Part shown: positions 51,901-60,018 of the stretch, in pieces | Numbering within the stretch: the first letter of the stretch is position 1 | Layout: every line of letters begins with the position of its first letter | Virus record (IMG/VR): IMGVR_UViG_3300025093_000011 | Span: 32,001-96,000 of that record | Length of the DNA: 64,000 nucleotides | Origin: a virus | Strand: one strand, 5' to 3' | Notes under the pieces: generated by a model | The model's input: the letters and a program-made list of their open reading frames with translations, nothing else | The model's database searches: none | Told to the model about the DNA's origin: nothing | Translations under genes and position numbers: made by a program

Positions 51901-52401
51901 AGAGATTTAAGAACTTATAAATTAAATGTTGCAAAAGAATGGAGTACATATACTCCTATGCAAAAAGCAAATATCAGAAGAACTCTTTCTGAGATAGGTG
52001 TGTTCTTAACAATTGTAGGTTTGATAGGTATTCTTTCAGCTATGGCTTCTGATGATGGAGAGGATAAAGAAAAGTATAAAGACAATTATCTTTATAACTT
52101 TCTTCTGTATGAAATGGTTAGGATGAGATCAGAGACAGCTCAGTATATTTCTCCTAAAGATATGTGGAGAACTATAAAATCACCTTCTGCAGCTTTAAGT
52201 ACCTTAAGTAGATTCATAAGATTTACAAATCAGATACTACCTTGGAATATTACAGAAGAGTATAAAAGAAAGTCAGGTATTTGGGAGAAAGGAGATAACA
52301 AAGCATGGGCATACTTTATTAAATTAATTGGTCTTCCTGGTTATAATATTAAACCACAAGATGCAGTTAAAGTTTATGAGAACTTATCTAGAGCAATTTA
52401 A
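48940..52401 (+). CDS. Large ejection protein with C-terminal hydrophobic helix
   Basis: ATG at 48940, 1 nt after the previous stop, gives MATCPNKNSKEW and is preferred over the track's TTG at 48919. Helical; 'IGVFLTIVGLIGILSAMA' is TM-like (51994-52047). 'RVH......HGIYN...LGRLALMYRK' resembles the last crAss-like cargo protein. Confidence 0.65.
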   Translation: MATCPNKNSKEWKEILSEAQNNEQIAMDLWIKKGFNQQEDLNEDAKEGDLTNEEIEALQELDPMQRLAQKTKVYLQKRINILSNQKVKDVDRKTNRLKELLQNMKAVEEVESINLFIEEAYKMSQQLKQRTKQFLIDVKKEDVDRKELIEALTNINEYANSYNILDEISSEDLFDFFQLDEDAEQKMFEEDEEGNVKLSMKEKLERAVTTRNIIRQRMLDEGIPLLAEFLLDARSKYSAEGLEKEIAAKRAEIEKIKNDVTNEKRRDRLIQKVERQIDLLSTKAQDKDGMIKILKEAAIEEGVLDFLVGPLISSPDSAVALFAKAIKDQLEFARLKDINIKRELTDEYLEYRSQAPGSTDNPQKFNEGLYTVVEVPVYETVQSKKNPNYYYKTVKKDEAGNIVYKKEVHFVERIDRKKFKAAQAQWWAENPKPHADKIPEQLTSSEKQDVRNWENKKKQWYKENMTEKSAEAIKAIDDKMKNERDAEIISKKQYANWFNNERFKEIQEPSSKYISEKWLAMYNKDGKPKNAMGEYHKALTDTYYGAQELLPESQRTGSRIPSIPKKDLERLLDEGISNLVKTNIKETISIQAYDTEYGGNIATLGGEAVKFLPIFFTQNIDESDISYDLLSSVLLFSQMANKYDALNEVNGEISLMKQVISKRANPKFDEVSGKKQFDVVAKRFGLEEFIVKSGESFTKKHLDAFIDMIVYGEMQKKEVLLGLQFDKITNTITGFSALTSIAADLLKGVANNLQGNIQLIIEASGAEFFSAADLAKSKVQFMENVAGTLGDFGKPSPTSWMGRLNELYDPIQGDFTDKYGRIVSASVANKLFRTNTLFFNQYFGEYEIQVSGMLALMNATEVRDKENGTNITMYEAHKKYGPDSGDLNGKVEWITQDKDGNNVYEDFNEKHRRSFQDRVHALSKKMHGIYNTFDKGTAQKQSLGRLALMYRKHMYPGFKRRWKQYSWDEELGSGTEGHYRTFWNTFVRDLRTYKLNVAKEWSTYTPMQKANIRRTLSEIGVFLTIVGLIGILSAMASDDGEDKEKYKDNYLYNFLLYEMVRMRSETAQYISPKDMWRTIKSPSAALSTLSRFIRFTNQILPWNITEEYKRKSGIWEKGDNKAWAYFIKLIGLPGYNIKPQDAVKVYENLSRAI

Positions 52402-52402
52402 G

Positions 52403-52552
52403 ATGGTTCTAGAATTTTCTATATATTGGCCCCATGATAGATGTATGTTGGGATGGGAACATATAGGTTCAACAGATGAAGAACCTATAAACTCCTATAT
52501 CTTACACTTAACTATCCTGACACTGAGCCTTCATCTGCCGGATAATTCATAG
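52403..52552 (+). CDS. Small hypothetical protein (49 aa, MVLEFSIYWPHDRCMLGWE...)
   Basis: ATG 1 nt after the upstream stop, in frame with track ORF 52328..52552. Overlaps the 3' end of the convergent ORF. Confidence 0.45.
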   Translation: MVLEFSIYWPHDRCMLGWEHIGSTDEEPINSYILHLTILTLSLHLPDNS

Positions 52553-52724
52553 TAGCAAATCTTTTAAATTTATTTAAATTTCTTTTATTTAAACCTTCAA
52601 GATCTTCTACATCTACTTTATAAATTTTAAATGTTTTACTTTCATCTTCAGTAACTAGTGCATACTTATGATCTGAAGATACATATTTTACATAAACAGT
52701 TTTGTTATTATGTTTTAGTTTCAT
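52512..52724 (-). CDS. Small hypothetical protein (70 aa, MKLKHNNKTVYVKY...)
   Basis: The ATG at 52724 overlaps the end of the upstream 59-aa ORF. Phage-like composition. Confidence 0.5.
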   Translation of the reverse strand: MKLKHNNKTVYVKYVSSDHKYALVTEDESKTFKIYKVDVEDLEGLNKRNLNKFKRFATMNYPADEGSVSG

Positions 52725-52887
52725 TCTTGATTTTTTTAGGATTAGATAACTCATCTCTCATATCAGAGAGGATTTTGTTGAACATCATTTTCTCATTACT
52801 ATTCAGCTTTTCATACCATGATGCAAAATCTCCGGACTTAATTTTAAGATATTCTTTGTGTAAATCATATAAGCTTCTACTTTTCAT
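52708..52887 (-). CDS. Small hypothetical protein (59 aa, MKSRSLYDLHKEYLKIKSGDFASWYEKL...), not in the ORF track
   Basis: Translated by hand from ATG 52887 to TAA 52708. Preceded by a TATATTTATA box and coupled to the next ORF. Confidence 0.5.
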   Translation of the reverse strand: MKSRSLYDLHKEYLKIKSGDFASWYEKLNSNEKMMFNKILSDMRDELSNPKKIKNETKT

Positions 52888-52901
52888 AATATAAATATAT
52901 G

Positions 52902-52927
52902 AAAAAAGGAGGACTTACATCCTCCTT
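52902..52927 (-). terminator. Rho-independent terminator
   Basis: Minus strand AAGGAGGA-TGTAAG-TCCTCCTT followed by a T-run. Confidence 0.7.
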
Positions 52928-52987
52928 CTCCCCTAATTAATCAAATAAATAATATGAGACACTATAAATATAGTAAAATTTTCTTTA

Positions 52988-53024
52988 AATAAAAAGGAGA
53001 CATTACATCTCCCTTTTATTTTTT
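52988..53024. terminator. Bidirectional rho-independent terminator
   Basis: AATAAAAAGGAGA-CATTACA-TCTCCCTTTTATTTTTT, a stem with A/T tracts on both sides, just downstream of the 53035 stop. Confidence 0.7.
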
Positions 53025-53034
53025 GAACTTTAAA

Positions 53035-54180
53035 CTAAAATAGATCAGGTAAGTCACCCTCTTCCACTTCAGTATCTTCATCAGAACTCTCAGTATTAGA
53101 TACACTAAAGTCTAAATCAAAATCAGCATCTTCTGTAATATCCGTTACAGATTCTTCAGCTATTTGCTTATCTACGATTACTTGACCTTTAATTAATTCA
53201 TCTAACTCTTTGAGTTCTTCATCTTCTTGATGCTCTGGACATGAATTCATATCATCAGAGCCCAGGGGTGGGCTTGATGGTTCATCACATACTTCTGCCA
53301 CTGCAGCTTCATCTTCTGCTATCTGCTCTTCAATTGTAAGTTCAGGAGTAGTTTCAACTTCTGTAGATTCGGTAACAGTTGTTTCCTCTTCAGCCTCAAC
53401 CTCTGCAATCATATCTTCTAGATCTACTTGATTAGGATCTACTTCAGGCTCTACCTCTTCTGCTTTATCAAATTTAAAAGCATCAGATATAAACCAATGA
53501 AGAACTCTTTGATCCTCCATCCAAGTTTTAGGATGTGACTGTTGTAAAGCTAGAGTAACATGATTATAAAATGCCCATAAGCTATCAGGATTTCCATACT
53601 TAAAACTAGGTCTAGACATTTGTTGTCTGATGATGCTAGCTTGTTCAGTAGTTAGAATCTCATGTTCAGCAAACAGGATACCAAGTAACTGAGCTTGTTG
53701 TCTTTTACTAATATGAATTTCCTTCATACTTTCTTTATCTTTAACAAGCTGCTTATAATACATATTAGCATCTTTGATTTGCTCTTTAATGGTCTCTTCA
53801 GTTTCTGTATCTGCAGTACCTGTGTGTTTACGGGCCCAAGAACCCATGTCTCCACAAACCATACTACTACCAGTTTGATTTATGTAAGCTCCAATACCAC
53901 ACTTAAACCTCATCTGTTTGTTATAACTGTTAGACCAGGCAAACATCATGGACAACTCAGGGTCATCCATAAACGTTAATCTATATACTCCTTGTGCTAT
54001 ATTTCCATTTCCTGTACATCTATAATGCTCTTGATTAACTTTAAATCCGGCATTCTCTAGACATTCAATTGATAGATCTACAACTGACTTATGACTGATT
54101 ACAGTATAAGTACTTGTCTGATTTGGTAAAGCAACATCAAACAGATGCTGCTTTGTACATTCTTTAATTTTTGTTGGCAT
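53035..54180 (-). CDS. DUF932-like protein with long acidic C-terminal tail
   Basis: 'YTVISH', 'FAWSNSYNKQMRFKCGIGA', 'RKHTG' and 'SLWAFYNHVT.AL' resemble the DUF932/DUF945-type phage family. The last ~140 aa are E/D-rich. Confidence 0.55.
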   Translation of the reverse strand: MPTKIKECTKQHLFDVALPNQTSTYTVISHKSVVDLSIECLENAGFKVNQEHYRCTGNGNIAQGVYRLTFMDDPELSMMFAWSNSYNKQMRFKCGIGAYINQTGSSMVCGDMGSWARKHTGTADTETEETIKEQIKDANMYYKQLVKDKESMKEIHISKRQQAQLLGILFAEHEILTTEQASIIRQQMSRPSFKYGNPDSLWAFYNHVTLALQQSHPKTWMEDQRVLHWFISDAFKFDKAEEVEPEVDPNQVDLEDMIAEVEAEEETTVTESTEVETTPELTIEEQIAEDEAAVAEVCDEPSSPPLGSDDMNSCPEHQEDEELKELDELIKGQVIVDKQIAEESVTDITEDADFDLDFSVSNTESSDEDTEVEEGDLPDLF

Positions 54181-54182
54181 AA

Positions 54183-56165
54183 TTAAAATAATTGTAATTG
54201 TGTTTTAACAGGTTGCAAGAGCTCTATCTCCCGCATAACCTTTTTAAGATAAAAATCATAATTTATATCATATTCTTCAAATGGCTTTTCTATGTGATTA
54301 ATAAACACAGTTTGTAACCATTTACCTGCTTCTACTTGTACAGATCTTCCATCAACATTGTTAACTTTCATAATTTTAGAACCTGTGTTTGAGATGTAGT
54401 ATCTGACAGTTCCTTGAAGTTTATCAATTTTATGTTCACCATTGATAACATATTCTTCATTGAACTCCCAATTACCTCTCTTCTTAACTCCTCCACAAAA
54501 ATCAAATATATTTTTGTTAGACTTAAGAGATTCTTCAGGGTCTATGTTTTTAATTAAGTAATCATATATTGCTTTCTTAACACATAAGAAACTCTTGTTT
54601 TTATGTAAAGGAAGATCTTCAAATACAAAACGTCCCTTGGACTTAACACCTGCAAAATAATACTTATCATTAAGTATCTTATACAAATAGTTAGGATTTG
54701 ACTTTCTTAAATCTTCAAATACATCTTTGTGAACTTCTTTATATTCATTTATAGCAATATAGTTGTTGACATCTGCCAGTAGAACTTTCTGGTATGTATC
54801 ATGTTCAAGTTGCAAGTTTGTAATCTTTTCCCATTCTTTACAAATTTCCATATACTTATCTACATAGTTCCGTGGTATTCTTGTTTCAAGACCATCAGTA
54901 TTATGCATCAAAGGAACAGCATTTGGGATACCTTCACATATCATTTCATGTAACATCATTAGACTCAATTGTCCATTGATAGTTATCTTCATTGTAAGTT
55001 CAGGGTCATATAGAAAACTATTTGCATCATTACTTAAACCATAAGTACTATTTAATACAATCTTATAAACATAATTTCTAGGGTCAGATTTAGGAATCTT
55101 TTTTCTTTCTTTGAAAAACCATTCATACTGATCAGTGAACTCTTCTTTAGGAAGATGTAATGGTGCCCACTTGTTTTTAATAGCTAGATTAGGATAAAAA
55201 CTTGTAACATCTGAAGACATTATAACATGATTATCATCAGAAACATATACTTCTTTTCTAGCTCCGTGTACACCACCGAGACCAAAATGAGTTGTTATAT
55301 TCTTATATCTAACTTTATATTTGAAATTACCTTTTAGATCATTTGCATCTAGTACCAGGTCATTAAACTTATTAACTAATCTTTGAAATGTAGCTGTCTT
55401 AAAATTAATATAAGGCAGAATTAAATCTTTAACTATAAGTTCATTACGATATGTTCTCAATTGCTTGAGGTCATATTTCTTTATACCTGTTTTCTCACTA
55501 AGGAAAAGTGAAAACAGTTCTTTAGCTATTCTTGGTTCAGATGCACTATATAAATCTATATTATATTCTTCTGTCAATGCTCTCCTAAGTTCTATCTGTT
55601 TTTTACTTTTAAACATGATAGCTTTAGTTGACTTGACATCATTAATACAATAAGTTATTATGTCATCTACCTGCTCTTTAGTTTTAATTTCAGTACTGTG
55701 ATGGATAGGCATATCTTGTATGTTCTTCCAATCCATAGTATACTGAATCCACTTAAGACTAGACCTCTTAGCTGCATTATCCCAATGATTTAGTTTAAAT
55801 ACATCTACTTGTCTGATCTGTAAGTGCCAAGGTGCAAATTCAGAGAATTCTCCTTCATTCTGCCTTTGAATTATACTTTGAGCTTTTCCATATAAAAATA
55901 AAGCTATTTCCTCCCCTGGCATTTCCAGGAGTTGTTCTTTATTTCTTAATACATGTTCTGTAATTTGAGCATCAAAAGACAAACCATTAAAAGATACATG
56001 CCATTCATTCAATAAAATATTCTTTTCTAGAAATGTAATAAATTCTAGAATATCATTTCTTGAATTATGAATAACAAATATCTCACGGTCATCACTTTTG
56101 ATATCTTCAAATACTCCTATGAAACAATTGAGTAAAGTTTCATAGTCCATAACATAATGACTCAT
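54183..56165 (-). CDS. Family B DNA polymerase
   Basis: Exonuclease motifs 'DYET', 'FNGLSFD' and 'YCINDV'. Polymerase motif A 'SSDVTSFYPN', motif B 'KIVLNSTYG', motif C 'NTDG'. Confidence 0.92.
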   Translation of the reverse strand: MSHYVMDYETLLNCFIGVFEDIKSDDREIFVIHNSRNDILEFITFLEKNILLNEWHVSFNGLSFDAQITEHVLRNKEQLLEMPGEEIALFLYGKAQSIIQRQNEGEFSEFAPWHLQIRQVDVFKLNHWDNAAKRSSLKWIQYTMDWKNIQDMPIHHSTEIKTKEQVDDIITYCINDVKSTKAIMFKSKKQIELRRALTEEYNIDLYSASEPRIAKELFSLFLSEKTGIKKYDLKQLRTYRNELIVKDLILPYINFKTATFQRLVNKFNDLVLDANDLKGNFKYKVRYKNITTHFGLGGVHGARKEVYVSDDNHVIMSSDVTSFYPNLAIKNKWAPLHLPKEEFTDQYEWFFKERKKIPKSDPRNYVYKIVLNSTYGLSNDANSFLYDPELTMKITINGQLSLMMLHEMICEGIPNAVPLMHNTDGLETRIPRNYVDKYMEICKEWEKITNLQLEHDTYQKVLLADVNNYIAINEYKEVHKDVFEDLRKSNPNYLYKILNDKYYFAGVKSKGRFVFEDLPLHKNKSFLCVKKAIYDYLIKNIDPEESLKSNKNIFDFCGGVKKRGNWEFNEEYVINGEHKIDKLQGTVRYYISNTGSKIMKVNNVDGRSVQVEAGKWLQTVFINHIEKPFEEYDINYDFYLKKVMREIELLQPVKTQLQLF

Positions 56166-56171
56166 ATTTTA

Positions 56172-56510
56172 TTATTTATAAAGTTGTAGTTCTCTTAACC
56201 TACGTTTTACGGGAATCTTTAAATGTGAATCTACAAAAGACTGCTTACTTAACCATTCTAAGTATTGTTCATCTTTACAGTTTCTTATTAAAGAACCTTT
56301 ATGTTTTCCAAAAGGAAATCTTCTAACTTTAAATGTACGAGTTTCTTTTACAGTAGAATATCTGAATCTATATTTTTTATTATTAAAATTTAGTTCAATA
56401 TTCTTTTCTGCACTCTCTTTAATTTTAGATGCAGGTATATTAAGAACTTCTCCCGCTAACTTCATTGATTCAAAGTTTTGCCGGGAGTAGACATCATATA
56501 CAGCTATCAT
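56172..56510 (-). CDS. Small protein: NUMOD1-like HTH plus 'FPFGKHKG..YLEWL' (DUF3820-like) domain
   Basis: 'FESMKLAGEVLNIPASKI' and 'FPFGKHKGSLIRNCKDEQYLEWL'. Confidence 0.5.
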   Translation of the reverse strand: MIAVYDVYSRQNFESMKLAGEVLNIPASKIKESAEKNIELNFNNKKYRFRYSTVKETRTFKVRRFPFGKHKGSLIRNCKDEQYLEWLSKQSFVDSHLKIPVKRRLRELQLYK

Positions 56511-56893
56511 ACTTTTTCAACAACTGCAGCTACTGAGGGTTTATCTTTTTTACTTTCTAAAAAACTTTTAAGACTAAACTTTTTAGCATTCACAGCAAAG
56601 ATGTTTACAATTTCTTTTATAGAGTCTGCATCTTCAATGTAGTACTCTTGAAAAGTTTCAATTGATGTTCTTTGTTGTTTAGCTCCTCTATTACCGCTGA
56701 TAGCTTTTCCATACTCATCTAGTTTAGGTAACATATGTAATGCAGTTTTAACTGTCTTACCTATAATTACAAAAACTTTTGATGTTGGATCAAATATACA
56801 TTCTACATATGGACAATCATTACTGATAGGTACCATTTTAAAAGTTTGTGTTTCTTGCCAGGTTGATTTAACCAGGATCATTGAATTTTCCAT
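56507..56893 (-). CDS. Hypothetical phage protein
   Basis: Start placed at MENSMILV (ATG 56893, after an A-rich leader). 'CPYVECIFDP' core; ATGA overlap with the next gene. Confidence 0.6.
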   Translation of the reverse strand: MENSMILVKSTWQETQTFKMVPISNDCPYVECIFDPTSKVFVIIGKTVKTALHMLPKLDEYGKAISGNRGAKQQRTSIETFQEYYIEDADSIKEIVNIFAVNAKKFSLKSFLESKKDKPSVAAVVEKV

Positions 56894-56976
56894 GTTGATT
56901 TTTTTTATAAAATTAATCAATAATTTTGATATTATCTAAATTAGCTACCTCCATTACTAACTTTTCTTTCTCAAGG

Positions 56977-57480
56977 TCAGGTTTGGCTACAGAGTTCACC
57001 TACAGATTCTATCATTTTTACGTCTACATTTAAACAGTTTGCATAGTCTTCAAAGTACTTTTCTGGATACAAATAACTTTTCATATATACATAGTTACCT
57101 GTATGAGGATTAAAGAAGCTCATGATATCTCCTTTTACTTTTGTACTAATCATACTATACTTACCATCTAAAAACAATTGCCAATCATATTCTAAATCAG
57201 AAAAATCAAACACAAAAATTCTATTTGATTTGTCAACCATTATACAATCATGTAACCGGTTATGTTTGAGTAATATATTCTTCTCAAACTTTTTATACTC
57301 AACATCTTCTCTTGGATGATATAAACATACTAGCTTCATATCATTAGGAGAAACTGAATCATTCCAAGCAAGATAAGTCTCACTTGGAATAACACTTGTA
57401 CCTCTTTTAATTCCAAGGAGTGGGTACAAGAACACCTTAGATTTTTGAAAATATTTCTTATATACTGATTTTATTCCCAT
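56977..57480 (-). CDS. Hypothetical phage protein, C-terminus apparently cut by a 1-nt insertion
   Basis: 'YFQKSKVFLYPLLGI...YLYPEKYFEDYA..L.V...VGELC'. The shifted frame continues KPDLEKEKLVMEVANLDNIKIID to TAA at 56913. Confidence 0.6.
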   Translation of the reverse strand: MGIKSVYKKYFQKSKVFLYPLLGIKRGTSVIPSETYLAWNDSVSPNDMKLVCLYHPREDVEYKKFEKNILLKHNRLHDCIMVDKSNRIFVFDFSDLEYDWQLFLDGKYSMISTKVKGDIMSFFNPHTGNYVYMKSYLYPEKYFEDYANCLNVDVKMIESVGELCSQT

Positions 57481-57484
57481 GTTT

Positions 57485-58519
57485 TTATAATTTAATAGTT
57501 CCTGTTGCTAATTCATAAGGCAGATCATAATTTTTATTTACATAATGAAAATCTAATACCGGTAGTACTAAATTTCTAAAGTCAACCAACCATTCTTTCA
57601 TAGTTTTAGCACTTACTTGAAATGGATATACTTGATTATATTTGTCTATTACAACAAAAGTAAAGTTAATTGTCCACTCCAACTTATCTTTTCTATTGTT
57701 TATATACTTATAAAACGCAAGTTGATAGTAAATAGATGCTTGGATCCAATATTTATAGTAGTCTACTGAATCAGGAAATTCTACTAGTGGTTTACCCGTA
57801 GTCTTTAAATCATTAATAAATAAATTCTTAGTGTCTTCATCTATAACAACGTTATCTAAGATACCTTTAAATCCAAAGGGTGCATCATTAAAGAATAAAT
57901 TTTCATCAGATATCAATCCTATTTCATTATAAACAGTTATATGAGTATCCTCTTCACTTTTATTAAATCCTAACAAAGTTTTTACATTATCATTTGCATT
58001 TAGAGCATTAACACTTTCCTGACAATAGTCTATTGTTTCATTATCTACTAAAGTTTTACCTTTAGCCTTCTTTAAGAAATCAAAATATTTAACATTATCA
58101 TCTGTTAGAATTTTCTTTAACCTTGCTTCATCAGTTTTAAGCTTTTGGTGCAAGTTTATCTTTTCTAATAAATCTAATATTTCTTTTTCAAAAAGTCGTA
58201 ATGATAATGATTCATCTGCAAGCTCTGTATAGATTTTAAAAATCTCATCTACAATCATTCTATTATTACCTGAAGGTAATTTGCTAGGAATTGTTATAAA
58301 TTCCTTATCAAAGTCTTCAGGATTCAAAAGCAAGCAGTGAATGACCCTACCTTTTACAAGGTGAGGGTCAACACTATCTTCTCTTTCATTTAAAATATAA
58401 TGAGAATAAAACATTCTTGGTGAGAACAAGAGTTTATTTATTCCACTGTAACTAAAATAAAATTTATTTTTATAAAATTGTTCTAATTCACTAGAACCAG
58501 TCAAAGTCTGTGTCTGCAT
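57485..58519 (-). CDS. PD-(D/E)XK exonuclease (RecE/Cas4-like)
   Basis: 'FSYSGINKLL', 'GRVIHCLLL', 'FKGILDNVVID...INDLKTTG' and 'YWIQASIY'. Confidence 0.8.
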   Translation of the reverse strand: MQTQTLTGSSELEQFYKNKFYFSYSGINKLLFSPRMFYSHYILNEREDSVDPHLVKGRVIHCLLLNPEDFDKEFITIPSKLPSGNNRMIVDEIFKIYTELADESLSLRLFEKEILDLLEKINLHQKLKTDEARLKKILTDDNVKYFDFLKKAKGKTLVDNETIDYCQESVNALNANDNVKTLLGFNKSEEDTHITVYNEIGLISDENLFFNDAPFGFKGILDNVVIDEDTKNLFINDLKTTGKPLVEFPDSVDYYKYWIQASIYYQLAFYKYINNRKDKLEWTINFTFVVIDKYNQVYPFQVSAKTMKEWLVDFRNLVLPVLDFHYVNKNYDLPYELATGTIKL

Positions 58520-59978
58520 TTTTAGTTTGTGTTTTTGAATTATTAGGTTGTGATCCTGTTTCTACCAGGGACCTTTCTGGTTCAGAAACTACTTCTTCTT
58601 CAGTAATTTCTTCTTCTGTGTCTTCATTAGACTCTACTACAGGTACTACTTCTTCTATAGCTTCAATAGATGCTTTTTCTTCAACATTTGCTGAATCCGG
58701 ATCACCAGTCTCATGATCTGAATTTTCTGAAATAGTTGGGTCTTCTTCAGGAATTCTTTCAACATCACTTCTTTCATAAGAATACTGTGTATCCTTTGTC
58801 CAATAGAAACCTGTGTTTGCTGCAGTCTCAGTACTAAGTGTGTAAGTCTTAGGTTTAATGAACTCACTATACCCACCCCTATTAAAAAACTCAACATTTT
58901 CTTCCATTATGATTTCTAAAGCTTCCTTACTTAATGCATCATGATTTATTAAACCTCTAATCAGTGTATCCACATGTTGATTGTAATAATTATCCTTACC
59001 CAAATAACTTTTAAGAGACTTAAAGTTTACATGATTTTTAGATCTACAATATTGTATATGATGGTTATGATGATAATATAAAAGTTCTAACCACAGGATG
59101 CTTTCTTTATAATTACAATTAGCCATAATTTCCATAGCAAGAACATGATTTTCATTATCAGAACTCATAAACATATTTCTTAAATTCTGATAGGTATCCT
59201 TATCAATAGTTGTAGAGTCTTCACCATTAACTACCTCAAGCAAACCATTCTGATCAATTATTGTTTTATCACCTATGTTTTCAAGAAATTCAAGGTTATG
59301 ATCACTTATAACAAAGCAGTGTTGACTATTTCTTTGTACATTATGTTGAGGATTAGCATTAGTTAAAAGATGATCTTTCCAAGCTTGTTCTTTGAGCTTT
59401 AAAAATTCACTAGGATTATGAGTATTACCTTTACTATATAATCTTGAAGCACTCCAGTCACATAATATATAAAAGTTTTCACCATTCTCTTCTACATATG
59501 CTTCTAAGACTTTATTAAAAGCTTTAACTTCTTTTTGACAATAATAACCACCGTGTTCCTCCCACTGATCTTTCATATAGTCTATACATGCTGCATATAC
59601 CTTATATGGTATTTTATAATACCATTCAGCTTTTACTAATTTATCATTAGCAGCAGAACTTCCCACAACAACAGTTGCTTTATCTATTTCAGTAGTTGTT
59701 CTAATTTTATACTTTACAGATAAGTCTTTAAGTTTTACTCTAGGGACAGTACATCCCTTCATAAAATAAATTCTATCTTTCATTTGAGGAACATATGTTT
59801 TTGCCTCAAGGTCTACAAGATTTCTAGGTGTATCAAAACCCTCTTCATCTTTTTGTACAACATTAATAAGATATTGATTTTCACTTTCATAGTTTAACTC
59901 AGTAAACTCTACGTTATTATACTCATCTCTTCTGGCATTCCAGGTCAGTTTTAAAAAAGGTATTTTCTTTGTTTTCAT
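58491..59978 (-). CDS. Hypothetical protein with possible BRCT-like N-terminal region and acidic tail
   Basis: 'IYFMKGCTVPRVKLKDL....KIRTTTEIDKATVVVG' is weakly BRCT-like. The 'LRNMFMSSDNEN' motif is shared with 62463..62843. Confidence 0.55.
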   Translation of the reverse strand: MKTKKIPFLKLTWNARRDEYNNVEFTELNYESENQYLINVVQKDEEGFDTPRNLVDLEAKTYVPQMKDRIYFMKGCTVPRVKLKDLSVKYKIRTTTEIDKATVVVGSSAANDKLVKAEWYYKIPYKVYAACIDYMKDQWEEHGGYYCQKEVKAFNKVLEAYVEENGENFYILCDWSASRLYSKGNTHNPSEFLKLKEQAWKDHLLTNANPQHNVQRNSQHCFVISDHNLEFLENIGDKTIIDQNGLLEVVNGEDSTTIDKDTYQNLRNMFMSSDNENHVLAMEIMANCNYKESILWLELLYYHHNHHIQYCRSKNHVNFKSLKSYLGKDNYYNQHVDTLIRGLINHDALSKEALEIIMEENVEFFNRGGYSEFIKPKTYTLSTETAANTGFYWTKDTQYSYERSDVERIPEEDPTISENSDHETGDPDSANVEEKASIEAIEEVVPVVESNEDTEEEITEEEVVSEPERSLVETGSQPNNSKTQTKNADTDFDWF

Positions 59979-59993
59979 TTTTAATAGTTGGTT

Positions 59994-60018
59994 AAAAAGG
60001 GAGACTTGAGCCTCCCTT
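59994..60018 (-). terminator. Rho-independent terminator downstream of the AAA ATPase
   Basis: Minus strand AAGGGAGGC-TCAA-GTCTCCCTT followed by TTT. Confidence 0.65.

Noticed and set aside
54183-56165. Intron or intein in the DNA polymerase
   Set aside because: All exonuclease and polymerase motifs lie in one uninterrupted 660-aa ORF.
57485-58519. Cas4 / CRISPR system
   Set aside because: No repeat-spacer array or other cas genes seen and no Fe-S Cys cluster; it fits a stand-alone phage exonuclease.
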